Assembly (NCBI GenBank): GCA_016176525.1
Contig: JACOWZ010000003.1
Coordinates: 385,000 to 448,999, forward strand
Reading direction: 5' to 3'
Source: Candidatus Colwellbacteria bacterium
Lineage (GTDB): Bacteria > Patescibacteriota > Minisyncoccia > UBA6257 > Colwellbacteraceae
Length of the DNA: 64,000 nt
Shown: in pieces, positions 54,710 to 64,000 of the stretch
How the letters are laid out: each line of letters starts with the position of its first letter
Numbering within the stretch: position 1 is the stretch's first letter
Notes under the pieces: model-generated
The model's input: the letters and a program-made list of their open reading frames with translations, nothing else
Databases searched by the model: none
What the model was told of the DNA's origin: nothing
Translations under genes and position numbers: made by a program

Positions 54710-56119
54710 ATGAATTCTTTAACCAAATATATCTTGGTTAGTGCAGCCAGTTTGTTAGCTATAATTACTCTTAGTATTTTTGTCTTTAATCTTTTCACAG
54801 AACAAGATAATAAAGCGGATTCCACAAAAAATCATAACTTTATTAGGAATGAGTCTAATATCGAGACTATTTCTACTCCAGTAGAAAAAACAGATGGTTT
54901 AACTTTAGAAGAAGCGTTTAATCAAACTAACTTAGGAAGTAGGATGTCTTCTAGAGCTTGCTCGAGAGATCTGAATAAAGTAATATATTGTGTTCTTCCT
55001 AGGGAAGTAGGTAAGCATTCAGTATCAAACATACTACTTTTGAGGTCAGATAATGATGGTAAGGATTGGTCAGAAGAAATCGTACCCACTGGAATTTATA
55101 GTACCAACACTTTACCGGCTATAACAATTGACTCGCAAAATAATATTCATATAGTCTGGATTGGTATAGATTTAACTGGATACCTAGATAAACAGGTATT
55201 TACTATCGAGTGGTACGAGGCTCTTCACAAAAGATTCAACCTTTTGCATATAACTAAAACCAACTCTAACTGGGGGAATGTATACAAACTAGGTGATAGC
55301 GGTGGGGATATTAACCCATCGATAGCGTTAGACTCAAGAAATGCTATCCATGTTGTTTGGTTTAATACTTTAAATAGAACTCTATTATACAGAAAATTAT
55401 CTGCAGGGGTTTGGGGTGCTACAGGGGTGTTGGCTTCTAATATAAATTTTCCTAGAAAAACCGCTACTTTAGCTGTCGATTTACAAAATAATATTCATGT
55501 TGTTTGGGCAGATGATGATATTTATTATAAAGAAATTAGGGATGGTATTTTGGAAGAAACAGTTGATATAGATACAAGGCCCGAAATATATATAGAGGTC
55601 CCCTCGCTGTTTGTAGGGGCGTTTGGGGATTTTAATCCCTCAATTGCAATAGATTCGCAAAATAATATACACATTGTTTGGATATCTAGTGGTCTTCTTG
55701 AAGGCAGACAAGCGCCGCAAGAAGATGTAATTATGTATCAAAAGAAAGATAAGAATGGGTGGCTTGAACAACCCATAAATGTGGCCTATGGGTGGGATAA
55801 TCCCCAAGGCAAACCTTTGATTTGCTTGGATTCTAGAGATAATATTTACATAAGTTGGTATTCTTACGACATATATAATCGTGGCCCACTTAGGGGTGGC
55901 ACTTCGCCGCGAATAGTTTCTGATGAATTTATAACATTACCATTAAAGCAAAAAATTCCTATATCTACTTGTAGTATTTGGCCTCAAAAAGATGGCGTTT
56001 CAGCCAATATTCCTAACTACGGCTATGAGATTTTGGAAACGGAAAATGGCATCCCTTCTGTTTTTATAGGAACCGAATCAGTGCAGTTACCAGAGTATGT
56101 GGATAAAGCCGGAGGATAG
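54710..56119 (+). CDS. Membrane-anchored BNR/beta-propeller repeat protein
   Basis: SDNDGKDW Asp-box-like; about five P.IA.DS.NNIH.VW repeats; AT-rich. Confidence 0.72.
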   Translation: MNSLTKYILVSAASLLAIITLSIFVFNLFTEQDNKADSTKNHNFIRNESNIETISTPVEKTDGLTLEEAFNQTNLGSRMSSRACSRDLNKVIYCVLPREVGKHSVSNILLLRSDNDGKDWSEEIVPTGIYSTNTLPAITIDSQNNIHIVWIGIDLTGYLDKQVFTIEWYEALHKRFNLLHITKTNSNWGNVYKLGDSGGDINPSIALDSRNAIHVVWFNTLNRTLLYRKLSAGVWGATGVLASNINFPRKTATLAVDLQNNIHVVWADDDIYYKEIRDGILEETVDIDTRPEIYIEVPSLFVGAFGDFNPSIAIDSQNNIHIVWISSGLLEGRQAPQEDVIMYQKKDKNGWLEQPINVAYGWDNPQGKPLICLDSRDNIYISWYSYDIYNRGPLRGGTSPRIVSDEFITLPLKQKIPISTCSIWPQKDGVSANIPNYGYEILETENGIPSVFIGTESVQLPEYVDKAGG

Positions 56120-56148
56120 CAGGGTTGCACAGAGAGTATAATAAGAAC

Positions 56149-56214
56149 ATGAAAAAATATTTACTCATAATCCTTCCGGTTTTGGTTTTTGTGTTTGGGG
56201 TGAATAGTCTATGA
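56149..56214 (+). CDS. 21-aa signal-peptide-like ORF coupled to the next gene (not in ORF track)
   Basis: MKKYLLIILPVLVFVFGVNSL*; TATAAT 6 nt upstream; ATGA overlap at 56211-56214. Confidence 0.45.
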   Translation: MKKYLLIILPVLVFVFGVNSL

Positions 56215-56876
56215 TTGAATTTATATTAGGTCCGTTTGCGGTTTGGGCACCATATGTTTTTTTGTTTGGAGCGCTTGCATCGGCTGTGTTTTTTTACATT
56301 AAAAAATTTTCTGCAAAGTGGTATTGGGTTTTAGTTTGGGCAACGCTTGGGTTTAAGGCACTTTTTGCAGCGTTCTTATCTTGGGGGCAATATTTTGTGT
56401 GGCTACGCGGCGGGGAGTTTACACAGACGTTTTTAAACACGCCGCTTAGTGCTGATACGCCCGACACCGTGCTTACTTTTGTAACCAAGCTTTTTCGCCC
56501 GCTTTTCGAAACAGAAAAAGGATATTTTCTTTTTTACGCTTATAGTAGATTCTGGATAAATCTAATTGTTCTTATTGTTGCCGCTATCGGCTTTTGGCTG
56601 TTCTTAAAAATGCTTAAAAAATACAGAGCCAGATTTTTTGACACAGGCGAGGTAGAGCTAGGGTTCTTGATGGCATTAGTCGCAGGTTGGCCGGGATTTT
56701 TGGTTTTTGTGCCGCTTGTGTTTTTGGCGGTGGTGTTTGTATCAATATTCCGCGGAATATTCCTTAAAGAGGCATATACAACGCTGGGATGGCCAATGCT
56801 CTTAGCCGCACTTCTTACCTTAATTTGGGGAAGTAGCTTAATAGACTTGCTGAATTTGGGAGTTTTCCGCATATAG
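56211..56876 (+). CDS. Multi-pass membrane protein resembling the C-terminal half of A24 prepilin peptidases
   Basis: TGEVEL..L..LVAGW and LGWP.L patterns; lies in the pilus locus. Confidence 0.6.
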   Translation: MIEFILGPFAVWAPYVFLFGALASAVFFYIKKFSAKWYWVLVWATLGFKALFAAFLSWGQYFVWLRGGEFTQTFLNTPLSADTPDTVLTFVTKLFRPLFETEKGYFLFYAYSRFWINLIVLIVAAIGFWLFLKMLKKYRARFFDTGEVELGFLMALVAGWPGFLVFVPLVFLAVVFVSIFRGIFLKEAYTTLGWPMLLAALLTLIWGSSLIDLLNLGVFRI

Positions 56877-56894
56877 AATGCTATAATTTAATAT

Positions 56895-58610
56895 ATGCTT
56901 CACTTGGCTCCAGAAAAGTTAAAAAAGCTGCTTACCGAGTCTGGTGTTGTTGAAGATGCAAACTTTTCTTCCGCAGAAAAAGAGGCGCAAACGCAAGGTA
57001 GAGATGTGGCGAGTGTCTTAATATCCAACGGCGCAATTCCAGAACATTATTTTACCGAGCTTATAGCAAAGTATGCCAGTGTGCCTATTGTCGGTTTGGT
57101 GGGCGTAAAGATTCCATCAACAACCTTAGAGCTAATACCGGAGACCTATGCGTACTCCAAAAATGTGGCGGCGTTTGAATATAAAAAAGGAGACTTCGTA
57201 AAAGTTGCGATGCTGGACCCATTTGATTACGAAACGCTGGAGTTTTTAAGGGTACACATCGGTCTTAAGGTAATTCCGCATGTTACAACCAAAAGCGGTT
57301 TGCAAAACGCACTTAAGCAATATAAAGAAAAGCTGGGTAAAGAATTTAGCGAGATTATAAAAGAAAGCGTTGAGAAATCTATGTCGCTAACTGGCGAAGC
57401 AGACTTGGCTAAGGTTGCAGAAGCAGTGCCAGTGGTCTCGACACTCAAGAGCATAATTGAATACGCTATCAGCTTAAACTCTTCTGATATTCACTTTGAG
57501 CCATTTGATAAAAATTTGGTTGTGCGTTTTAGAATAGACGGGGTGCTTCGCGAGATTTTTGATTTGCCAAAAGCCATAGAGCCAACAATAGTGGCGCGCA
57601 TAAAAATACTTGCTAATTTACAGATAGATGAGCACCGCGTACCGCAGGACGGCAGGTTTAAGTTTGATGTGGGCGGCAAAGAGGCTGTTGATATTCGCGT
57701 TAGCATTATTCCGGTTCTCTATGGCGAAAAGGCAGAGATGAGGCTTTTGCGTAGTTCTTCTAGGCCGATTTCTTTAGAAGACTTGGGGTTGTCGTCCAAG
57801 GCAGTGCTAATTGTACGCGATGAGATTCAAAAACCGCACGGAATGATTTTGTCTACCGGCCCAACCGGCAGCGGTAAAACTACAACGCTCTATGCTATTT
57901 TGCATATATTAAACACGTCGAAGGTAAATATTACTACAATTGAAGACCCTATTGAGTACGAAGTGCCGGGTATAAACCAAATACAAGTTAACCCCAAAGC
58001 AAAAGTAACATTTAGCACGGGGCTGCGCTCTATTTTGCGGCAAGACCCGAATATTATAATGGTGGGTGAAATTCGCGATTCAGAGACTGTGGCAATAGCG
58101 ATACAATCGGCATTAACGGGCCACTTGATGCTATCCAGCTTACACACAAACGATGCGCCTGCTGCAATTCCGCGGCTTATAGACATGGGGGCGGCACCGT
58201 TTTTGCTTGCATCCACTATAAATTTGGTTATAGCACAGCGGCTTGTGCGCAAAATTTGCGACACTTGCATCGGCTCATTTGGAACAACACAGCAAATAAA
58301 GCGTCTGATAGAGATACAATTAGAGCTTACCGGCCACAAATATGACGAAAGCGTTATTCCAAAAACTTTGTATAAAGGAGCCGGTTGCAATGCATGCGGA
58401 GACACGGGGTATAGAGGGCTAATTGGCGTTTTTGAAGTGTTTAGAGTAACCGATGTTATCCGCCAGCTTATGTTAAAGAGCGCCTCCGCTGGAGAACTGA
58501 AGAAAGAAGCAATAAAAGAAGGAATGGTTACGCTTTTTGAAGATGGACTGGAAAAAGCAAAGGCCGGAGTAACAACAATAGAAGAAGTTCTCCGCGTTAT
58601 GCAAGAATAA
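56895..58610 (+). CDS. pilB: Type IV pilus assembly ATPase PilB/GspE
   Basis: SDIHFEP, RFRIDG, PQDGR, GPTGSGKTTTLY, TIEDPIE, LRQDP, tetracysteine motif. Confidence 0.93.
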   Translation: MLHLAPEKLKKLLTESGVVEDANFSSAEKEAQTQGRDVASVLISNGAIPEHYFTELIAKYASVPIVGLVGVKIPSTTLELIPETYAYSKNVAAFEYKKGDFVKVAMLDPFDYETLEFLRVHIGLKVIPHVTTKSGLQNALKQYKEKLGKEFSEIIKESVEKSMSLTGEADLAKVAEAVPVVSTLKSIIEYAISLNSSDIHFEPFDKNLVVRFRIDGVLREIFDLPKAIEPTIVARIKILANLQIDEHRVPQDGRFKFDVGGKEAVDIRVSIIPVLYGEKAEMRLLRSSSRPISLEDLGLSSKAVLIVRDEIQKPHGMILSTGPTGSGKTTTLYAILHILNTSKVNITTIEDPIEYEVPGINQIQVNPKAKVTFSTGLRSILRQDPNIIMVGEIRDSETVAIAIQSALTGHLMLSSLHTNDAPAAIPRLIDMGAAPFLLASTINLVIAQRLVRKICDTCIGSFGTTQQIKRLIEIQLELTGHKYDESVIPKTLYKGAGCNACGDTGYRGLIGVFEVFRVTDVIRQLMLKSASAGELKKEAIKEGMVTLFEDGLEKAKAGVTTIEEVLRVMQE

Positions 58611-58611
58611 T

Positions 58612-59826
58612 ATGTTATTTACTTACGAAGCGTTTAATGTAAATGGGCAGACTGTTAGGGGCGAGATAGATGCCAAGTCGGAAAAAGACGTGGTTTTGTA
58701 TTTGGAAGGGCGCGGGCTAATTCCATCGCGCGTACACCCAAAACATAAAGCAGAAAAGAAAGGAGTTCTGTCCACTCAATTTTTTGCAAAAATCAGCGAA
58801 ACAGACAAGATATTTTTGGTGCGCAATCTTGCAACAGCAATAAAAGCGGGTTTGAGCTTAAACGACGCGTTGGAAATTGTATTACAAGACACAAAAAAGG
58901 GGCTTATGCGCGATGTGCTAACTCATGTGCGCGACAGCGTGCGCGAGGGCCACACCTTATCTGATTCTTTTATGCCGTATAAAGATTTATTCCCGGGCAT
59001 TTTTATAGGACTTTTGCGTGCGGGGGAATCCGGCAGCCAGCTAGACAAGGTTTTGGAGGAGCTATCAAGGCACATGGTTAAGGAATACTCGCTTATTAAG
59101 AAAATTAAGTCTGCTATGGTCTACCCGATACTTTTGCTAACGGTTGGTTTTGCGGTGGTTGTGTTTCTTTTAACTTTTGTCTTGCCGCGCCTGACTGGTA
59201 CATTCCAACTCTCCGGCGTGGAATTGCCGCTTATAACCCGTGTTTTGGTTGTTATAAGCGATACTTTAAGCGGTAATCCGATTGTTACCACGTTGGTTTT
59301 TTTGGGGCTTACGTCGGGAATATTTTTAGGTGCAAGAACGAGAGCCGGCAAAAAAATCCGCAACAAGATTTTTATGAAGACTCCGGTGGTCAATGACTTA
59401 ATACGTAAGGTTGCACTGGTGCGGTTTACGCGCACACTAGGCAGCTTAATAACGGGCGCGACTCCAATACTTGAAGCATTGCAAACTTCTGCTGGCGCGG
59501 TCGCAAACGATGAGTATAAAGAGGCGATTTTGGACTCTGCGGGCAAAGTGCAGGTCGGAGTCACTTTATCTAAAGCGATGAAGAATTATCCGGAGCTTTT
59601 CCCACTACTATTAACTAATTTGGTGGCGGTGGGTGAGAAAACCGGCAGTTTGGAGTATGTGCTTGCGACTTTCTCTAATTTCTACGAAGAAGAAGTTGAT
59701 ACAAAACTAAAAGATCTAACAACACTCTTTGAGCCGATACTTTTAATGATTATGGGCCTTATTGTCGGTGGAATTGCAGTTGCGGTACTGTTGCCTATTT
59801 ACCAATTAGTAGGACGCTTTACATGA
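58612..59826 (+). CDS. pilC: Type IV pilus platform protein PilC/GspF
   Basis: AGESG, KSAMVYP, ELPLITR, VGEKTGSL, EPIL. Confidence 0.93.
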   Translation: MLFTYEAFNVNGQTVRGEIDAKSEKDVVLYLEGRGLIPSRVHPKHKAEKKGVLSTQFFAKISETDKIFLVRNLATAIKAGLSLNDALEIVLQDTKKGLMRDVLTHVRDSVREGHTLSDSFMPYKDLFPGIFIGLLRAGESGSQLDKVLEELSRHMVKEYSLIKKIKSAMVYPILLLTVGFAVVVFLLTFVLPRLTGTFQLSGVELPLITRVLVVISDTLSGNPIVTTLVFLGLTSGIFLGARTRAGKKIRNKIFMKTPVVNDLIRKVALVRFTRTLGSLITGATPILEALQTSAGAVANDEYKEAILDSAGKVQVGVTLSKAMKNYPELFPLLLTNLVAVGEKTGSLEYVLATFSNFYEEEVDTKLKDLTTLFEPILLMIMGLIVGGIAVAVLLPIYQLVGRFT

Positions 59827-60311
59827 TAAGAGATAAGAATGCCTTCACACTTATTGAGGCGGTTATTGTTATAGGAATACTTTCTGTGTTATTAGCAATT
59901 CTCGCCCCTACGCTTGTTGGCACATTTAAAGAGAGTGATATCGATTCCGCAGTTACCACAATTATTTCAGATATAAGAATTGCGCAGGCAAATTCTACTT
60001 CTGGAAAAGATGAAGCCCAGTGGGGAGTATGTTTTCAAAATTCTACAGATGATAGATATTTTATACTTTCACCCCCAGATGATTGCCCTGTAAGCGGAGA
60101 CCCGACCCCCAGCAGTATTATCAAAACAGAAGTTTTTTTGAAAGAAGGTATGGCATTTACTTCGCCCGCGAGCGGGGCTTCTACGCTTATTTCTTTTTCA
60201 CGCATAAGGGGAGAAATAACTGCAAATACAACCATTACTATTACTTTGCGCGGTTTAACCAGAACGATTAATATTGATAAAAGCGGACTAATTTATTGCA
60301 GTGATTGTTAA
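59823..60311 (+). CDS. Minor pilin (FimT/GspH-like)
   Basis: KNA|FTLIE, AQANS, WGV.F, I.F....G. Confidence 0.85.
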   Translation: MIRDKNAFTLIEAVIVIGILSVLLAILAPTLVGTFKESDIDSAVTTIISDIRIAQANSTSGKDEAQWGVCFQNSTDDRYFILSPPDDCPVSGDPTPSSIIKTEVFLKEGMAFTSPASGASTLISFSRIRGEITANTTITITLRGLTRTINIDKSGLIYCSDC

Positions 60312-60328
60312 TTTGCTAAAATAAAAAT

Positions 60329-62515
60329 ATGAATCGTAGAGGCCAGTTACTTCTGGAAATTTTAATTGCTATTGCGGTTGGAGCTGTGGTTTTATCGCTT
60401 GGTGCGGGGCTTATTTATGTAAGCTTGAACGGCGCAATAGTTTCTGTGGAGCGCAACGTTGCCTTAGGAATTGCGGATTTTATGATAGAGAGCATACGCA
60501 CTGCCGCGTATGAAAATTGGAACACAATTGATGCCCCGCCGTTGGATTCAACCGGCGACTTTGGCGGCGCAAAGGGCAGTGGCATAAAGTATTACCCCCA
60601 GAGAATATATGACAATGGTTATGCTTCTATTATTTTGGACGAAAGCGCGACAGCCTCAAGTGACAGGTGGGACACAACAGACACTATAAACGCGACTTCT
60701 TCAATCGGCAACGTTACTTTTTTAGCTTTAGACGACGGCTCTGCGTGGGTTAGTCGCGCGCCGAGCTCTTATGAGAGCGATGGCGACATACTTGAAACCC
60801 GCCATAATTGGGAAATTATACGTAACCCTGGTGGTTCGCTTAATTTTGTAACTGTTTTAGAAGAGCACGATGATGCAAACCCAAGTAATAATACTTATTA
60901 TGGGTTGTTTGTGGGTGATGGTGAAATCGCACAGCTGTGGAATGATTCTAACAGAACCATGACATCACTAGACGTTGATGCAGTGCTTACTCCAAATTTA
61001 AGGAGTGCGGCCGGGTATGATGATGGAGTTATTGTTGCAGGCGGAGGTTCCGGGGCAACAACGAAGATTTGGGAAACTACAGATATATTTGCATCTACAC
61101 CTGTATTTACGGCGTGGGCCTCTTCGGAGCTTTTATCCGGTACTGTTAATTCCGCTACGCCAAATGGCATAGCGCCGTCAAGCACCATTTGGGTTGTCGG
61201 ATCTTCTGGCCTTGTTGCAAGGATAAGCTCCACTCTTGTTGTTGATGATTGTACCGATGACCTTGCGAATGTAAATTTTAATAGTGTTTCGGCATCTACA
61301 TCTACAAATGTTTGGGTTGTGGGCGACAGCGGCAATGTTTGGCAAAATAAGTCTTCTACAGGTTGTAGTGTTAATAGCAATAACTGGGTTGATCGTTCAG
61401 CTACTAGTCCGACAGATAAATGGGGAAGCAATACCAATATACTTAGTGTTAGAGCATCCAGTACTGGTTCGGCAATTATTGCGGGAGATAACGGGGAAGT
61501 TTGGGCCTATGACGGTTCTAGTTGGACGCAAATTTGTGGCAATGGATATAACGACGACGAAGACCACGCTAATTTTAGAGACTGCGACGAAACTTACACA
61601 AACACCGTAAGATGGGGGACTGCCAATATGCGGGTATCGGAAAGCTATTCATCGCAAATTTGGATTGTTGGCTCCGGGGGTAAGGTATTTAAACAAAGTT
61701 CGCAAAGGGTGGAAATTAGAACAGGCGAGGGTACTGTTGATGACTACGCATACTATTTTTATATAGCAAATATTTGCCGAGATGATCCAGATGTAGGCGA
61801 CCCTGATTTAATTAATGGTTTTATAACTGGGTTTACCGACAGTGACGGAGCCGATGAGACGTGCGTAGAGAGCACCGGCACTTATGACCCCACAACACTT
61901 TCTATAGCCGCAGAGGTTACCTGGCCAAGAGGTGGTGTTTCTAAAATTGATTATATAACAAGGTGGCCAGGCTTTGCGTGCACTTTCGTGGCTGTACCGA
62001 CTGCCGAAACTACCAGTACAACGCGCGCTTGCCCCCGGGTAGCGATTAACGATATTCTTTTTGATACAAGTAGCTCTAGTTTTAAATTACTTCCTCTAAT
62101 TGGGAACGCTATACTTACTTCTCCTGTAATTGATTTGATGGGGCTTCGCCAGAATGATGCCGCCGATAATGGTGTGTTTTTACACTCATTTTTATGGGAA
62201 GGCACCGAGCCTTCTGGATCAAGCGTAAGATTTATATTTGCAACATCAGATTGTACAAATGGCGCAACTAACCCACCAACATGCAACAGTGGTTCTTGGA
62301 CTAATTATGATGGAGGCGAAACCTCGTGCGCTTCTGGTGATTTTATTAGCAACTATAAAGATATTAACTCAGGTACGGTTTCGGCTGTTACCGGATGTTC
62401 AAACCAGTTTGGAACAAAAAGATATTTAAGAATTCAAATGAATTTAACGCGAACTGACCCTATACTTGGCACAAGCCCAGAAGTAACCGAGTTTAAGCTT
62501 TATTTTTTACCCTAA
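60329..62515 (+). CDS. Very large minor pilin with beta-propeller-like insert
   Basis: RRG|QLLLEILIA; repeated W.VG..G blades; Cys-rich C-terminal domain. Confidence 0.8.
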   Translation: MNRRGQLLLEILIAIAVGAVVLSLGAGLIYVSLNGAIVSVERNVALGIADFMIESIRTAAYENWNTIDAPPLDSTGDFGGAKGSGIKYYPQRIYDNGYASIILDESATASSDRWDTTDTINATSSIGNVTFLALDDGSAWVSRAPSSYESDGDILETRHNWEIIRNPGGSLNFVTVLEEHDDANPSNNTYYGLFVGDGEIAQLWNDSNRTMTSLDVDAVLTPNLRSAAGYDDGVIVAGGGSGATTKIWETTDIFASTPVFTAWASSELLSGTVNSATPNGIAPSSTIWVVGSSGLVARISSTLVVDDCTDDLANVNFNSVSASTSTNVWVVGDSGNVWQNKSSTGCSVNSNNWVDRSATSPTDKWGSNTNILSVRASSTGSAIIAGDNGEVWAYDGSSWTQICGNGYNDDEDHANFRDCDETYTNTVRWGTANMRVSESYSSQIWIVGSGGKVFKQSSQRVEIRTGEGTVDDYAYYFYIANICRDDPDVGDPDLINGFITGFTDSDGADETCVESTGTYDPTTLSIAAEVTWPRGGVSKIDYITRWPGFACTFVAVPTAETTSTTRACPRVAINDILFDTSSSSFKLLPLIGNAILTSPVIDLMGLRQNDAADNGVFLHSFLWEGTEPSGSSVRFIFATSDCTNGATNPPTCNSGSWTNYDGGETSCASGDFISNYKDINSGTVSAVTGCSNQFGTKRYLRIQMNLTRTDPILGTSPEVTEFKLYFLP

Positions 62516-62562
62516 AGATTATCCACAGATTATAGTCTGTAGAGTTTAGTATAATAAATAAT

Positions 62563-63390
62563 ATGCATCAAAAAGGTGCTCACAAGAGGAGAAACGGGTT
62601 TAGCTTGATGGAATTGCTTGTTTATGTAGTTGTTTTGTCTGTTGTAGGTCTTGTTGTAGGTGGCACTATAGTTTCGCTTATACAGGGTGGTGGGCGAATT
62701 GAAGCAAGAGGAGAGGTGGCATCAAATATTCGATTTGTTGCAGAAAAAATTAAGCAAGACCTTAAAAATGCCACAAATATTTATTCTCCTTCTGCACAGA
62801 GTTCTTCAACTACCTTGGATATAGACACTCTTGTAACAACAACTGCTTCTTCAAACCCTTTTATTAAGAACGCTTATGCGGAGTGTATCGGAACTTTTAG
62901 GCTTTTTTGCATACAAGGTGGTGGCCTTGGTGGGGGAGGCGGTGGAGATGGAGGCGGTTCTACGCCTCAATCTGGTCCCGCTACAAATACAGAGAGGGTA
63001 ACGTATGGTTTAAATTCTAGCACTGGTGCTATAGAGCGCACCGTAGATAGCGTGGTAGAGCGCCTTACATCAGATTCTGTTGTTGTTAGTGCAGTTAGTT
63101 TTGAATGGGTGCAGAGTATAAACCCAATTACTAGGCGCGCTGTTGTCTCTATTAGAACAATATTAAGCGTGCGATATGATACAGATGTGGTTGCCAACCA
63201 GTATTCAGAAGCAAAAACAATGACGTTTCCGTTAGGCTCAATGTTTGGCATATATGTTGGCGGTCCGCAAACTGCCCCGCCACCGGCTCCACCTGGTTTG
63301 CCGCCTCCACCGCCGGCTTTTCGCCCTCCGGGCGGAGGAATTATTGAAACTAATCCGGATTTGCCTGGAGGGGGCCTGTTTGAGATATGA
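62563..63390 (+). CDS. Minor pilin (PilW-like) with Gly-rich loop and Pro-rich tail
   Basis: RNG|FSLMELLVY, ERLTSD.V.V. Confidence 0.82.
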   Translation: MHQKGAHKRRNGFSLMELLVYVVVLSVVGLVVGGTIVSLIQGGGRIEARGEVASNIRFVAEKIKQDLKNATNIYSPSAQSSSTTLDIDTLVTTTASSNPFIKNAYAECIGTFRLFCIQGGGLGGGGGGDGGGSTPQSGPATNTERVTYGLNSSTGAIERTVDSVVERLTSDSVVVSAVSFEWVQSINPITRRAVVSIRTILSVRYDTDVVANQYSEAKTMTFPLGSMFGIYVGGPQTAPPPAPPGLPPPPPAFRPPGGGIIETNPDLPGGGLFEI

Positions 63391-63845
63391 CGAATCGGGG
63401 TGTTGTGTCTTTACCTGTTGTAATAGTGTTGGCTTTTATTACGCTTGCTGTGGGCATTGCTGTAACAGCCATTGGTTTTGGCGAAGTTTCTGTTTCTGCA
63501 GAAGATGTTGGGGCATCGGTTGCCTTAACTTATGCAGAGGCCGGCGCTAGGGAAGCATTGCGCAAGATTTCTGTGTCTCCTTTTGATACATTTGCAACCA
63601 CTACTGATGATTTCCATATTGCTTTCCAAGACAATGGGTGCGACACGGACCCCGGCGCTGATTGCGTAAGGGTTACTATGGAAGATACAGCCGCAAACAC
63701 AATAGAAATAATCTCAAAAGGGGAGCATACTGTAGGCGGCAGGGCGAATGTTAGAACAGTTAAAGTTACGGTAACGCAATATGCCAGCGCCGACGACTCT
63801 TATGTTGAAGAAATAATTTCAAACGCGGTTTGGGAAGACTTTTAA
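63387..63845 (+). CDS. Minor pilin (PilX-like)
   Basis: NRG|VVSL (no E5), A..YAEAG.REAL, I.S.G, C-terminal W. Confidence 0.78.
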   Translation: MTNRGVVSLPVVIVLAFITLAVGIAVTAIGFGEVSVSAEDVGASVALTYAEAGAREALRKISVSPFDTFATTTDDFHIAFQDNGCDTDPGADCVRVTMEDTAANTIEIISKGEHTVGGRANVRTVKVTVTQYASADDSYVEEIISNAVWEDF

Positions 63846-63846
63846 G

Positions 63847-64000
63847 CTATTCGGGCCTCTTTTTGAATAGAGAAATCAAGAATATTGCCGCTGCGGTTAG
63901 TATTATTGTGGGCCCGGTTATAAAACCGAAGTAGGCAGAAATTCCCAAACCCAATATTACAGATACTATAGAGATTCCTATTGATACAAGAACCATTTCT
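63847..64000 (-). CDS. C-terminus of a metal ABC transporter permease (ZnuB/MntB-like), partial
   Basis: Manual translation ...SVILGLGISAYFGFITGPTIILTAAAIFLISLFKKRPE*. Confidence 0.6.
   Translation of the reverse strand, partial: EMVLVSIGISIVSVILGLGISAYFGFITGPTIILTAAAIFLISLFKKRPE

Overview
This 64-kb window is a gene-dense bacterial chromosome segment, inferred from gene content to be Patescibacteria/CPR (Parcubacteria-like). The inference rests on a short hinge-less SMC, short EF-Ts, rpsP-khpA-trmD without rimM, DUF4012/DUF5667/DUF5654-like proteins and a large type IV pilus locus. Housekeeping genes include nrdJ (3' part), nth, truB, obg, smc, rpsP, trmD, rpsB, tsf, rpmG, pcm, hpf, secA and lepA. 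There are 5 tRNAs, cell-envelope peptidases, a five-Nudix/deaminase cluster and the pilus cluster. I found no CRISPR array, transposase, integrase or rRNA. The most unusual signals are non-coding or hidden. (i) A 24-bp palindrome occurs four times, twice in-frame inside unrelated genes as the peptide GVMINHNT. (ii) Two tRNA genes are each followed by a 160-175-bp element with an antisense and a sense copy of that tRNA's own 3' end. (iii) A ~115-bp structured repeat occurs in three copies with compensatory changes. (iv) Phased 8-bp repeats occur at gene junctions. (v) Leaderless-type starts (-10 box 6-8 nt before ATG) are pervasive. (vi) Tiny genes are missed by the ORF track: a 38-aa protamine-like protein and a 20-aa peptide with its own promoter, operator-like palindrome and terminator. 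Protein-level oddities include an active/dead M14 peptidase pair and Nth/UDG enzymes lacking their Fe-S cysteines. All family assignments come from motif recognition by eye; no searches were run.
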